Below are positions 19,434 through 27,783 of a DNA stretch of 53,129 bases, piece by piece. Made by a program: the position numbers and the translations under genes. Below the pieces are notes generated by a model that had not been told where the DNA came from, did not search any database, and saw only the letters and a list, made by a program, of their open reading frames with translations. This DNA comes from a virus (taxonomy: Duplodnaviria > Caudoviricetes). The stretch covers positions 1 through 53,129 of the IMG/VR virus record IMGVR_UViG_3300013829_000009; one strand, 5' to 3'. Each line of letters begins with the position of its first letter. Position 1 is the first letter of the stretch.

Positions 19434-19651
19434 CGGACGCATATGAAAATCTCGCAAACGCCATCATTCTGCTGGCGGTCAAGGATTACAGACGGGCGCT
19501 GAAGTTGTTGAGCAAAAACCCGCACAGCAGGTCCGCAATGGCCGCTGTTAATGAAATGGAACGGTTCTTCCGTTCCGCCTGGTACGAAACTCTCACCTCT
19601 GTCGACGGTGAGATGCTGATACGAAAGCTGAGAGAGGAGGCATTTCTATGA
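19430..19651 (+). CDS. Conserved phage hypothetical protein
   Basis: MTDAYENLANAIILLAVKDYR...ERFFRS.W; ATGA overlaps at both ends. Confidence 0.8.
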   Translation: MTDAYENLANAIILLAVKDYRRALKLLSKNPHSRSAMAAVNEMERFFRSAWYETLTSVDGEMLIRKLREEAFL

Positions 19652-20061
19652 CGGCAAAAGAATATCTGCGGCAGGCATACCGGCTCAACGAGCTGATTGA
19701 CTCCCGCATTACGGAACTGGAGCGCTTGCGGGACTACTCCACAAGGCTGACGTCCTGCAGCTTTGAGGGTGAGCGCGTCAGCAAGTCGCGCAGCACCGAA
19801 GCCCCGTTCGCAAGAATTATTGAGAAAATCGTTGACCTGGAAAAGGTAATCAACCGCGACATCGACCGCTATGTGGATTTGAAAACGGAAATGAACGCCG
19901 CAATCGACCGGGTATCCAACGTGGATGAGCGCCTGCTTCTCCGCTACCGATATCTCAATAACTATAATTGGGACGACATCGCACAGCTACTTAATGTTTC
20001 CGGGCGGACGGTACACAGGATTCATTCAAACGCTCTTTATAACTTTTCTGTGCCGGTTTGA
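19648..20061 (+). CDS. RinA/ArpU-family late transcriptional activator (DUF1492)
   Basis: MTAKEYLRQAY...LLRYRY...WDDIA..LNVS.RTVHRIH; sits just before the packaging module. Confidence 0.85.
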   Translation: MTAKEYLRQAYRLNELIDSRITELERLRDYSTRLTSCSFEGERVSKSRSTEAPFARIIEKIVDLEKVINRDIDRYVDLKTEMNAAIDRVSNVDERLLLRYRYLNNYNWDDIAQLLNVSGRTVHRIHSNALYNFSVPV

Positions 20062-20064
20062 ATG

Positions 20065-20109
20065 TTGGCACACTATGGCACAGATTGTCCCAGTCAATAT
20101 AGGTATAAT
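20065..20109 (+). promoter_or_regulatory. Late promoter with tandem activator-binding repeats
   Basis: 10-bp periodic TTGGCACACT/ATGGCACAGA/TTGTCCCAGT over the -35 region; TATAAT at 20104. Confidence 0.65.
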
Positions 20110-20197
20110 GGTAGTATAGAAAACTGTATGATGCGAGAGGCCTTGAGGGAGCAATCCCCCAGGGCTTTTCTTATGAGCGGAAACGGAGGTGAAACGA

Positions 20198-20569
20198 GTG
20201 CCGAAGAAACCAAAAAGACCCTGCAGGATGAACGGCTGTCCCAACCTTGCCGGGGACGGTGATATTTACTGCCCGGAACATAAAACGGAAGCCGAACATT
20301 TCTACAACCGGTACCAGCGACCCACCGACAAGAATGTTTACGGGCGCGCCTGGAAACGGATCAGGGACAGAAAAATCCGTGAGTCTCCCATGTGTGAGGA
20401 TTGCTTGAAGCATGGCATCTACCGTCCGGCGGAGGAAGTTCACCATCATGTACCGCTCTCGGAAGGCGGAACGCATGAACGGTCAAACCTCGTGTCTCTC
20501 TGCCGTTCCTGCCATATGAAAGCGCACGGTGAACTTGGAACACGAAAGCCGCACAGCTTTGACGACTGA
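20198..20569 (+). CDS. Packaging-associated HNH endonuclease (HK97 gp74-like)
   Basis: PC...GCP; PMCEDC...EEVHH...GGTH..SNLVSLCRSCH; upstream of terS. Confidence 0.88.
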   Translation: MPKKPKRPCRMNGCPNLAGDGDIYCPEHKTEAEHFYNRYQRPTDKNVYGRAWKRIRDRKIRESPMCEDCLKHGIYRPAEEVHHHVPLSEGGTHERSNLVSLCRSCHMKAHGELGTRKPHSFDD

Positions 20570-20680
20570 CGCGCCCGGTGGCGTTCGAATCTCTACGGCT
20601 TTTTATCACGAGCAACGGCCTGGGGCTTCGTGTGCAAAAAAGGCCGTATCAAATGGGTAATTGAACCCGGCGCGAAAGGA
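20570..20680. other. Probable cos region
   Basis: Non-coding gap between HNH and terS, where HK97-like cos sites lie; exact site not determined. Confidence 0.4.
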
Positions 20681-20691
20681 AGGTGAAAAAT

Positions 20692-21231
20692 GTGCCAACA
20701 AAATCTGTCAATGTCGGTGGCCAAGGTGGCGCTCGACCGGGCGCAGGACGCAAGAAAGCCGCTGCCATCGATAAAATATCCGACGAAAGCAAGCGTGTGA
20801 AAATTCTGGACATCCCGGATGTCGAGGGTGCGGAGATGCCCAAGCCAAATGACATCCTCTCGGCGCAGCAGAAAAACGGCGAGGCGTTTCAGGCGAAGGG
20901 CATCTACGAGAACACTTGGGTGTGGCTGAACAAAATCGGCTGCACGGCTATCGTGTCCCCGCAGCTGATTGAACGCTATGCCATGTGCTCTGCCCGATGG
21001 ATACAGTGCGAAGAGATGAACAACACCCTCGGTCTGCTGGGCAAGCATCCCACCACGGGAAAGCCGATCCCGTCGCCCTTCATTAACATCGGCATCAGCT
21101 ATATGAATCAGGCGATTCGCCAGTGGAACGAGATATTCCAAATCGTAAAAGAAAACTGTACCACGGAGTATTCCGGCACGAATCCGCAGGACGACCTCAT
21201 GGAACGGCTCCTTCGAGCCAGAAAGGGATAA
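20692..21231 (+). CDS. terS: Terminase small subunit (P27 family)
   Basis: GGARPGAGRKK; IERYAM..ARWIQCE; HPTTG.PI.SP. Confidence 0.85.
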   Translation: MPTKSVNVGGQGGARPGAGRKKAAAIDKISDESKRVKILDIPDVEGAEMPKPNDILSAQQKNGEAFQAKGIYENTWVWLNKIGCTAIVSPQLIERYAMCSARWIQCEEMNNTLGLLGKHPTTGKPIPSPFINIGISYMNQAIRQWNEIFQIVKENCTTEYSGTNPQDDLMERLLRARKG

Positions 21232-21236
21232 CTGCC

Positions 21237-21752
21237 ATGACAGAACAATATGTGGATATTCCTGGCTACGAGGGTGATTACCAAATCTCAAATTTGGGGA
21301 ACATCATCAGTCTGAAAAAGGGCTGCCCAATGCTACTAAAGCCAATGGTTGCTACCAACGGTTATTTAGTGGCCTGCCTGTGGAAATACGGAAAACAGAA
21401 AAAGATTCTTGTGCATCGGCTTGTCACCGGTGCTTTTTTATTGCCGCTCGATGGCTGCAATGAAGTAAACCATATCGACGAGAACAAGTATAACAATCGT
21501 GTTGACAATCTTGAGTGGTGTTCTCATGCCTACAACATGAACTACGGGAGTGTGCGGCAAAAAATCGGTCTTGCCAACACGGGTAGAGTATTTTCTGATG
21601 AGTACCGGCGCAGACAAGCCACCGACACTTCAAACCGCAGGTGGATTAACGATGGAATAAAAGAAAGGTATATCCCCAAACAACTACTCGACAGTTATGT
21701 TGCCGACGATTGGAATGTTGGCAGATTAAGTAGGAGGCATAAAAATGTTTGA
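21237..21752 (+). CDS. NUMOD4-HNH homing endonuclease
   Basis: DIPGYEGDYQISNLG; VHRLV; VNHIDENKYNNRVDNLEWC. Confidence 0.88.
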   Translation: MTEQYVDIPGYEGDYQISNLGNIISLKKGCPMLLKPMVATNGYLVACLWKYGKQKKILVHRLVTGAFLLPLDGCNEVNHIDENKYNNRVDNLEWCSHAYNMNYGSVRQKIGLANTGRVFSDEYRRRQATDTSNRRWINDGIKERYIPKQLLDSYVADDWNVGRLSRRHKNV

Positions 21753-22527
21753 AAAAGTAAACCCAGCACATTGCGATAAAATCGCGGACAGGATTGCCGG
21801 AGCAATCGTCGACTTGGCGTATAAGACCGAACCCGCCCCAAAGATTGCGGTCGAGGTTCTTATCGGTCACGGCAAGTGCCACGCCATCATCGAAACCACA
21901 GCGGCTCTCGACAATGCGGCTATTGACGACGCGGTGCATCGCATAGCCGGAGAGACGGAAACGAACATCGTAATCGTTCCGCAGGACACGCATCTTTCGG
22001 AGAACCAGCAGAACGGTTTCCGCTGCGGCGACAACGGAATTTTCAGAGGTATGCCCGTTACCGAGGAACAGCAGAAGCTGACCCGCATTGCCCGGAACCT
22101 TTACGCCAAGTACCCGTGCGACGGCAAGTACATCCTCGATGGCGGCAGGCTCATCATTTGCCAGAGCAACGCTCCCACGGACGAGCTTCGCTCCCTGTAC
22201 CCGGATGCGGAGATAAATCCGCTCGGTGACTGGACGGGCGGCACCGAGGTGGATACCGGAGCCACCAACCGCAAGCTCGGCTCGGACATGGCGGACAGCG
22301 TTACCGGCGGTGGACTGCACGGCAAAGACCTGTCCAAAGCGGATGTGTCCGTAAACATCTACGCTTTCATCAAAGCACAAAAAACAGGCAAGCCTGTGGA
22401 ACTGTGCTGTGCCATTGGTGACGATACCGTGGACGGCAAGCCCTACTCCGAGATCGTCAGTGAAGCCAAGGAGTTCATTGATTTCGTTGGCGGCTTTGAG
22501 AAGTTTGCAGAATGGGGGCTTGTATGA
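21745..22527 (+). CDS. Compact S-adenosylmethionine synthetase-like protein
   Basis: E.V...HCDKIADRI; GDNG; DTGATNRKL; GGGLHGKDLSKAD correspond to MetK motifs. Confidence 0.8.
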   Translation: MFEKVNPAHCDKIADRIAGAIVDLAYKTEPAPKIAVEVLIGHGKCHAIIETTAALDNAAIDDAVHRIAGETETNIVIVPQDTHLSENQQNGFRCGDNGIFRGMPVTEEQQKLTRIARNLYAKYPCDGKYILDGGRLIICQSNAPTDELRSLYPDAEINPLGDWTGGTEVDTGATNRKLGSDMADSVTGGGLHGKDLSKADVSVNIYAFIKAQKTGKPVELCCAIGDDTVDGKPYSEIVSEAKEFIDFVGGFEKFAEWGLV

Positions 22528-23768
22528 TGGAAAAGACAACCTCCGAAATGCAACTCGTTTCCATCGCCAAACTGGTGCCGTACCAAAACAATGCCCGGAC
22601 GCATTCTCCCGCGCAGATACAGAAACTGCGCTCCTCGCTCCGGGAGTTTGGGTTTATCAATCCCGTGCTCATTGACCGTGACTATGGCGTCATTGCCGGT
22701 CACGGTAGAATCGAAGCCGCCCGGGCGGAGGGCATCACCGAGGTGCCCTGTGTGTTTGTGGATCATCTGACCGATGCGCAGAAGAAAGCATATATTCTTG
22801 CAGACAACCGCATGGCGCTGGATGCCGGATGGGATGAGGAGATGCTCAAAATTGAGCTGTCCGGTCTGCAGGAGATGGGCTATGATTTGGAGCTTACAGG
22901 CTTCGATGCAACGGAACTTTCCGATTTCTTCGGTGCGTATGATGCAACAGAAGATGATTTCGATGTGGATGCCGAACTGCAAAAGCCCACTTTCTCCAAG
23001 GCGGGCGATGTCTGGAAACTGGGCAAGCACACTCTCATTTGCGGAGATGCCACCCAGCAGGAAACCTACGATGCCCTTCTGGGTGATGCCAAGGTCAATC
23101 TGGCGCTGACAGATCCACCGTATAACGTCAACTACGAAGGCTCCGCCGGAAAAATCAAGAACGACAACATGGCGGCAGATAAATTCTATCAGTTCCTTTT
23201 GGACGCATTTACCTGTATGGAGAAATCCATGGCGGCGGATGCGTCCATTTATGTATTCCATGCGGACACCGAGGGTTTGAACTTCCGCAGAGCGTTTGCC
23301 GATGCCGGGTTCTACCTCTCCGGCTGCTGTATCTGGAAAAAGCAGTCCTTGGTGCTGGGGCGTTCCCCGTATCAGTGGCAGCATGAGCCGGTGCTGTTCG
23401 GCTGGAAGAAAACCGGCAAGCATCAGTGGTACACAGGACGCAAGGAAACCACCGTGTGGGAATTTGACAAGCCGAAGAAAAACGGCGACCACCCCACCAT
23501 GAAGCCGATCCCGCTACTTGCCTATGCAATTGGAAACTCCACGCAGACCAACGCTCTGGTGCTTGACCCCTTTGGCGGCAGCGGCAGTACGCTGATTGCC
23601 TGCGAACAGACCGGGCGGGTGTGCTATATGGCGGAACTTGATGAAAAATTCTGCGACGTCATCGTGAACCGCTACATCGAGCAGATCGGCACAGATGAAA
23701 ATGTGTCCGTGATCCGTGACGGACAGACCCTCAAATATGAGGAGGTCAAGAATGGAACAAACGAATAA
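22524..23768 (+). CDS. ParB-N domain fused to an N6A/N4C DNA methyltransferase
   Basis: NNARTH..IAGHGR..ILADNR; TDPPYNV; HPTMKP; LDPFGGSGST. Confidence 0.9.
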   Translation: MMEKTTSEMQLVSIAKLVPYQNNARTHSPAQIQKLRSSLREFGFINPVLIDRDYGVIAGHGRIEAARAEGITEVPCVFVDHLTDAQKKAYILADNRMALDAGWDEEMLKIELSGLQEMGYDLELTGFDATELSDFFGAYDATEDDFDVDAELQKPTFSKAGDVWKLGKHTLICGDATQQETYDALLGDAKVNLALTDPPYNVNYEGSAGKIKNDNMAADKFYQFLLDAFTCMEKSMAADASIYVFHADTEGLNFRRAFADAGFYLSGCCIWKKQSLVLGRSPYQWQHEPVLFGWKKTGKHQWYTGRKETTVWEFDKPKKNGDHPTMKPIPLLAYAIGNSTQTNALVLDPFGGSGSTLIACEQTGRVCYMAELDEKFCDVIVNRYIEQIGTDENVSVIRDGQTLKYEEVKNGTNE

Positions 23769-25974
23769 ACTGGCCCTCGGAAGCCTGTTTGATGGCTCCG
23801 GGGGTTTTCCTTTGGGAGGACTGCTTGCCGGAATACAGCCTGTCTGGGCAAGTGAGGTCGAACCCTTTCCTATCCGGGTAACCACGAAACGGCTGCCCTT
23901 CATGAAACACTACGGTGATGTTACCAAGATGCACGGCGGCGAAGTCGAGCCCGTGGATATCATCACCTTTGGCAGTCCCTGTCAGGATATGTCCGTGGCG
24001 GGGAAAAGAGCGGGACTGGACGGCAGCCGCTCAAACCTTTTCTATGAAGCCGTCCGAATCGTAAAAGAAATGAGGTGTGCAACCAATGGACAAAAACCTC
24101 GATGGCTCTGTTGGGAGAATGTGCCGGGCGCCTTCTCCTCAAACGGCGGTGCCGACTTCAAGGCAGTCCTCGAATCGATATGTAAGATCAAAGACGAAGA
24201 ATTGTCAGTTCCTGAATATGCGAAGTGGGAATCCGCGGGAGAAATTGTGGGAGATGATTTCTCCGTTGCCTGGCGAGTACTCGACGCGCAGTTTTGGGGA
24301 GTACCCCAACGCAGGAAACGAATCTTCCTTGTCGCAGATCTTGCAGGCGGGAGTGCCGGACAAATACTATTTGAGTCCGAAGGCCTGTCTGGGTATACTC
24401 CGCAGGGCTTCCGTGCGTGGGAAGGAACTGCCCCGGGTGCTGCAAACGGCGTTGACCCGTCAAGCATCGGCTTTGACGGATATAACGGCTGTCTGACGGC
24501 AGATAAGTCCGCTACCCTTGGGGTGAACTGCGGAATGAGTACCGGCAGAAACGGTGTGGTACTAAACGACCAGGGCGGTAATCGAATGGATGTAACGGAC
24601 GATGTGACCTGTACTCTCCGTGCGGAAGCGCATCATCCTCCATGCGTTATGGAATCGGCGGGCTTCTGTACCGAGCATTCTGCGAAAGCGAGGTCTGTGG
24701 GATTTGAGGAAGAACGCTCACCCACACTTCGTGCCGGAGTCGTTCCAGCGACCGTGTATGAAAACCACGGGCAGGACACCCGGTTCACAGATACCGGGAA
24801 CATTGCACCCACGGTTCTTTCTACTTATGGCACCGGCGGTAACAATCAACCATTCGTGGTGGGAACGCCAAAGACGCTGAAGATCCGTTCCGGCTGCGAA
24901 GGCGGAGGCAAGGGTGCGCTTATCCAGGAAGATAAATCCGCCACGCTTGGCTGCAACAATGACCAGACCCTCTTTGAACCGAGGGCGTGGAACGGCTCGG
25001 ATATATCGCCGACGCTGACCGCCAACAACGCCGGAGGCAATCAGCGAATGCCGGATAAAGACAACTTTAACTGCGTGGTCGAAGCTTACGGTATCTGTTC
25101 CAAGGACTCCAATTCCATGAAGTCCGATAATCCGCACAGCGGTTTTTATATAGCAGATTCTTCCCGCTGCCTTGACGGCAACGGCGGCAACCCCACCTGC
25201 AACCAGGGAGGCATTGCCGTTGTGGAAGGTATCCCGTTTACGCAAAATCAGCGTGACGAGGTTCGGACGCTCGGAAACAAGAGCGGTGCGCTTTGTAAAG
25301 CTGCCACCAAACAGCAGACATACATTCTGCAAGGTTCTATGATCGGTCGAAAAGACGAGAACGGTCCGCAGGGCGACGGCATCAACGAAGATGTCTGTTT
25401 CACTCTTGACGCGACCGACCGTCACGCCGTTTATGCCATGACGACCGGTGAATACACGCAGGTGTGCGAGGAAAAATCTCCGACGCTGATGGCTCGGGAT
25501 TATAAAGACCCCAATGTCATAAACGAACCCTCCGCATACGGAGTCGGCAGAGATGCCATGAACCAGGGCAGAACTGCGAGGTTTGCTCCGTCCGTAGCGG
25601 AAGAGGTACAGCCTACGCTTGTAGCGAAAGGTCACGGCGCGGTCATTCGGTCAGAAGCCGAATACACCGTCCGCCGCCTTACCCCAACCGAATGCGCAAG
25701 ATTGCAAGGTTTCCCGGACTGGTGGTGCGGAAATCTCGGTATGGAGAACCCATCATACGGAGAGGTCGGTTTCTGGACCGATGTTTTTGAAACGCACCGA
25801 AAAATCATGGGTACAAGTAGCAAGCCGAAGACACAAAAGCAGATTCTCAAATGGCTGAAAGACCCGTACTCCGACGCTGCCGAATATAAGATGTGGGGCA
25901 ACGGTATCGCTCTTCCGTGCGTGTATTTCATTCTTTGTGGAATTGTGTGGTATGCGCACAACGAGGACAAGTAA
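23752..25974 (+). CDS. Large C5-cytosine methyltransferase with a repetitive variable region
   Basis: SLFDGSGG, FGSPCQD, ENVPG, PQRRKR, RRLTPTECARLQGFPD, YKMWGNG. Confidence 0.9.
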   Translation: MEQTNKLALGSLFDGSGGFPLGGLLAGIQPVWASEVEPFPIRVTTKRLPFMKHYGDVTKMHGGEVEPVDIITFGSPCQDMSVAGKRAGLDGSRSNLFYEAVRIVKEMRCATNGQKPRWLCWENVPGAFSSNGGADFKAVLESICKIKDEELSVPEYAKWESAGEIVGDDFSVAWRVLDAQFWGVPQRRKRIFLVADLAGGSAGQILFESEGLSGYTPQGFRAWEGTAPGAANGVDPSSIGFDGYNGCLTADKSATLGVNCGMSTGRNGVVLNDQGGNRMDVTDDVTCTLRAEAHHPPCVMESAGFCTEHSAKARSVGFEEERSPTLRAGVVPATVYENHGQDTRFTDTGNIAPTVLSTYGTGGNNQPFVVGTPKTLKIRSGCEGGGKGALIQEDKSATLGCNNDQTLFEPRAWNGSDISPTLTANNAGGNQRMPDKDNFNCVVEAYGICSKDSNSMKSDNPHSGFYIADSSRCLDGNGGNPTCNQGGIAVVEGIPFTQNQRDEVRTLGNKSGALCKAATKQQTYILQGSMIGRKDENGPQGDGINEDVCFTLDATDRHAVYAMTTGEYTQVCEEKSPTLMARDYKDPNVINEPSAYGVGRDAMNQGRTARFAPSVAEEVQPTLVAKGHGAVIRSEAEYTVRRLTPTECARLQGFPDWWCGNLGMENPSYGEVGFWTDVFETHRKIMGTSSKPKTQKQILKWLKDPYSDAAEYKMWGNGIALPCVYFILCGIVWYAHNEDK
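24077..24496 (+). CDS. Nested out-of-frame ORF, M.EcoHK31I beta-like polypeptide
   Basis: SSLSQILQAGVPDKYYLSPKACLGILRRASVRGKELP..L..AL resembles alternative-frame methylase beta subunits (from memory). Confidence 0.55.
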   Translation: MQPMDKNLDGSVGRMCRAPSPQTAVPTSRQSSNRYVRSKTKNCQFLNMRSGNPREKLWEMISPLPGEYSTRSFGEYPNAGNESSLSQILQAGVPDKYYLSPKACLGILRRASVRGKELPRVLQTALTRQASALTDITAV

Positions 25975-26012
25975 TCCTTTGAAAGATCGTGTGATATATA
26001 TTGCCTGAATGA

Positions 26013-26042
26013 CTGGCTATTTTCGCACACTGACGGTAATAT
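26013..26042 (+). promoter_or_regulatory. Repeated SigA-like promoter, copy 1 (CTGGMT-N16-GGTAATAT)
   Basis: Same blocks and spacing at 27387 and 46023; each is followed by a GGAGG RBS. Confidence 0.6.
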
Positions 26043-26073
26043 CACACTACAAAAAACAAAGGAGGACTGCAAA

Positions 26074-26946
26074 ATGACAGCATTCGAATTCAATTACAAA
26101 GTAACAGGCAATGACCGCAAACGGCTGGTTTCGGCTATCGGCGAGATTCTGGAAGTCCCACCGAAATACCTCGGAGCGCCGACCTTCGCTTATGAGGTTG
26201 ATTACATCACCATCGATATGAACGGCATCGTGAGTTTCGATGACCGTGCCAACAGCGACGAGATTGAAATGTTGGTCGAGGCACTGCTCGAAAAGGGCTT
26301 CGAGCCGGAAGCGCGCTTTGAGGACTTGCAAATGACTGAGGAAGAAGAGTTGGGGCTTGACAGACAGCGCCGCGACCCCATCGGCGAGGATGGTATGCAG
26401 CCGAGCGACGTTCCCGATGAGGACGAGTCTGAAGATTCTGGCGATTCGCTCATCCTTTCCTATCCGCGCAAAGACATCAGTGATGCGGCGCTTGAAAACC
26501 TGCGACTGCTGGTAGCAAGCAAGGAATTGCTAATTAAGAAGGTGCTTGGCGCAAACGCACTTCCAATTGAAGTCACGGACGAGGCGGTCAGCTTTCCGTG
26601 GTTTGCGGGTTTCCCCCAGCCGGAGGAAATCAGCGCTTATGCCCATTTCACCGGCAAGCTAATCGGCATGGCGAAAACGCAGAAGCGAGTCACCGCCAAG
26701 GAAAAAGAAACCGACAATGAGAAGTATGCATTCCGCTGCTTCTTGCTCAGGCTGGGGTTCATCGGTGACGAGTACAAGGCGGCGCGGAAAATCCTGCTCC
26801 GAAACCTCTCCGGCAGCGGCGCGTTCAAGAGCGGCAACCCAAAGGTGCAGGAAATAGCCAAGCGCATTAACGCAGACGCAGACCTTTATGATGATGTCAT
26901 GAGCTTGCAGGACAAGGAGGTGGAGAGTGATGAGATTTCCGAGTAA
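26074..26946 (+). CDS. Phage 'virulence-related' conserved protein
   Basis: G..RKRLV.AI...YLGAPTFAY; ENL..LV.SK..LIKK; NEKYAFRCFLLRLGFIG. Confidence 0.8.
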   Translation: MTAFEFNYKVTGNDRKRLVSAIGEILEVPPKYLGAPTFAYEVDYITIDMNGIVSFDDRANSDEIEMLVEALLEKGFEPEARFEDLQMTEEEELGLDRQRRDPIGEDGMQPSDVPDEDESEDSGDSLILSYPRKDISDAALENLRLLVASKELLIKKVLGANALPIEVTDEAVSFPWFAGFPQPEEISAYAHFTGKLIGMAKTQKRVTAKEKETDNEKYAFRCFLLRLGFIGDEYKAARKILLRNLSGSGAFKSGNPKVQEIAKRINADADLYDDVMSLQDKEVESDEISE

Positions 26947-27160
26947 AGAACTGGTCGAGAGTATCCGCAAGCAGTATCCTATAGGCTGCCGTGTGGAACT
27001 TGTCAGCATGGATGACCCGCAAGCGCCGCCTGTCGGCACGAAAGGCACCGTGCGAGGCGTCGACGATATCGGCTCGATAATGGTTTCGTGGGACAACGGC
27101 TGCGGCCTGTCCGTGGCTTACGGCGAGGACTCATGCCGGAGGTGCGATGATGACAGATAA
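26930..27160 (+). CDS. DUF4314 protein
   Basis: YPIGCRVELVSMDDP.APP.GTKGTV..VDDIG...V.WDNG. Confidence 0.85.
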   Translation: MRFPSKELVESIRKQYPIGCRVELVSMDDPQAPPVGTKGTVRGVDDIGSIMVSWDNGCGLSVAYGEDSCRRCDDDR

Positions 27161-27326
27161 AGTCAAGGAACAGATCCTCGCCATCCGGGACACGGGTCTT
27201 ACGAATATGTTCGACATCCATGCGGTTCAGAAAATCGCCTACGATATGGAGTTCTACGAACTGGTGAATTTCATTGAGGAAAACAGAATCGCGTATGTCC
27301 GCTTTATCCTTACAGGAGATGAATAA
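27150..27326 (+). CDS. DUF5049-like protein (58 aa; not in the ORF track)
   Basis: MTDKVKEQILAIRDTGLTNMFD...FYELV.FIEE...Y.RFILTG. Confidence 0.8.
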   Translation: MTDKVKEQILAIRDTGLTNMFDIHAVQKIAYDMEFYELVNFIEENRIAYVRFILTGDE

Positions 27327-27386
27327 GCCGCTGTAATAAACACAGCTTTTGCCCGAAAGATTGTGTACTATATTAACCCTGAATGG

Positions 27387-27416
27387 CTGGATATACTGTG
27401 CGTTCAGAGGTAATAT
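27387..27416 (+). promoter_or_regulatory. Repeated SigA-like promoter, copy 2
   Basis: CTGGAT-N16-GGTAATAT; ~30 bp upstream also resembles the copy 1 upstream sequence. Confidence 0.6.
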
Positions 27417-27447
27417 GTGTACAACAAAAGGAACGGAGGAAATGGTT

Positions 27448-27675
27448 ATGTGGAAAGAAGGAAGCCTTAAAGTTCACGACAGCGTTTTTCACTACTGGAT
27501 GAAGCAGTACGACGAGGGCTCGCAGTTCGGCATAGACGGCGGTCGCGTCAGCAAGCTGATGCTCAAGCGCGATGGTGCGATAGTTGCCAACTATGACAGA
27601 GGCTGGGATGTGAAGCCCGCCGACCCGGACACGCAGCTTGCGGTCGAGATTCTCCTGCACGGCGAAAACTACTGA
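27448..27675 (+). CDS. Small conserved phage protein
   Basis: MWKEG...YWMKQYDEGSQFGIDGGRVSKL...NYDRGWD; GGAGG RBS. Confidence 0.75.
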   Translation: MWKEGSLKVHDSVFHYWMKQYDEGSQFGIDGGRVSKLMLKRDGAIVANYDRGWDVKPADPDTQLAVEILLHGENY

Positions 27676-27783
27676 GCCCAGCGTAAAAGCCGGGAGCAGC
27701 CCCCAGCGGGGCTGTATCTCGTACAGATAGATTTTGAAGACACCGATGGGTGTCTATTTTTATGTCCGAAAGGAGGCGGCGAC

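Noticed and set aside
26074-26946. True virulence factors (this gene and VirE)
   Set aside because: The names are historical; these are conserved phage proteins and nothing in the sequence indicates virulence
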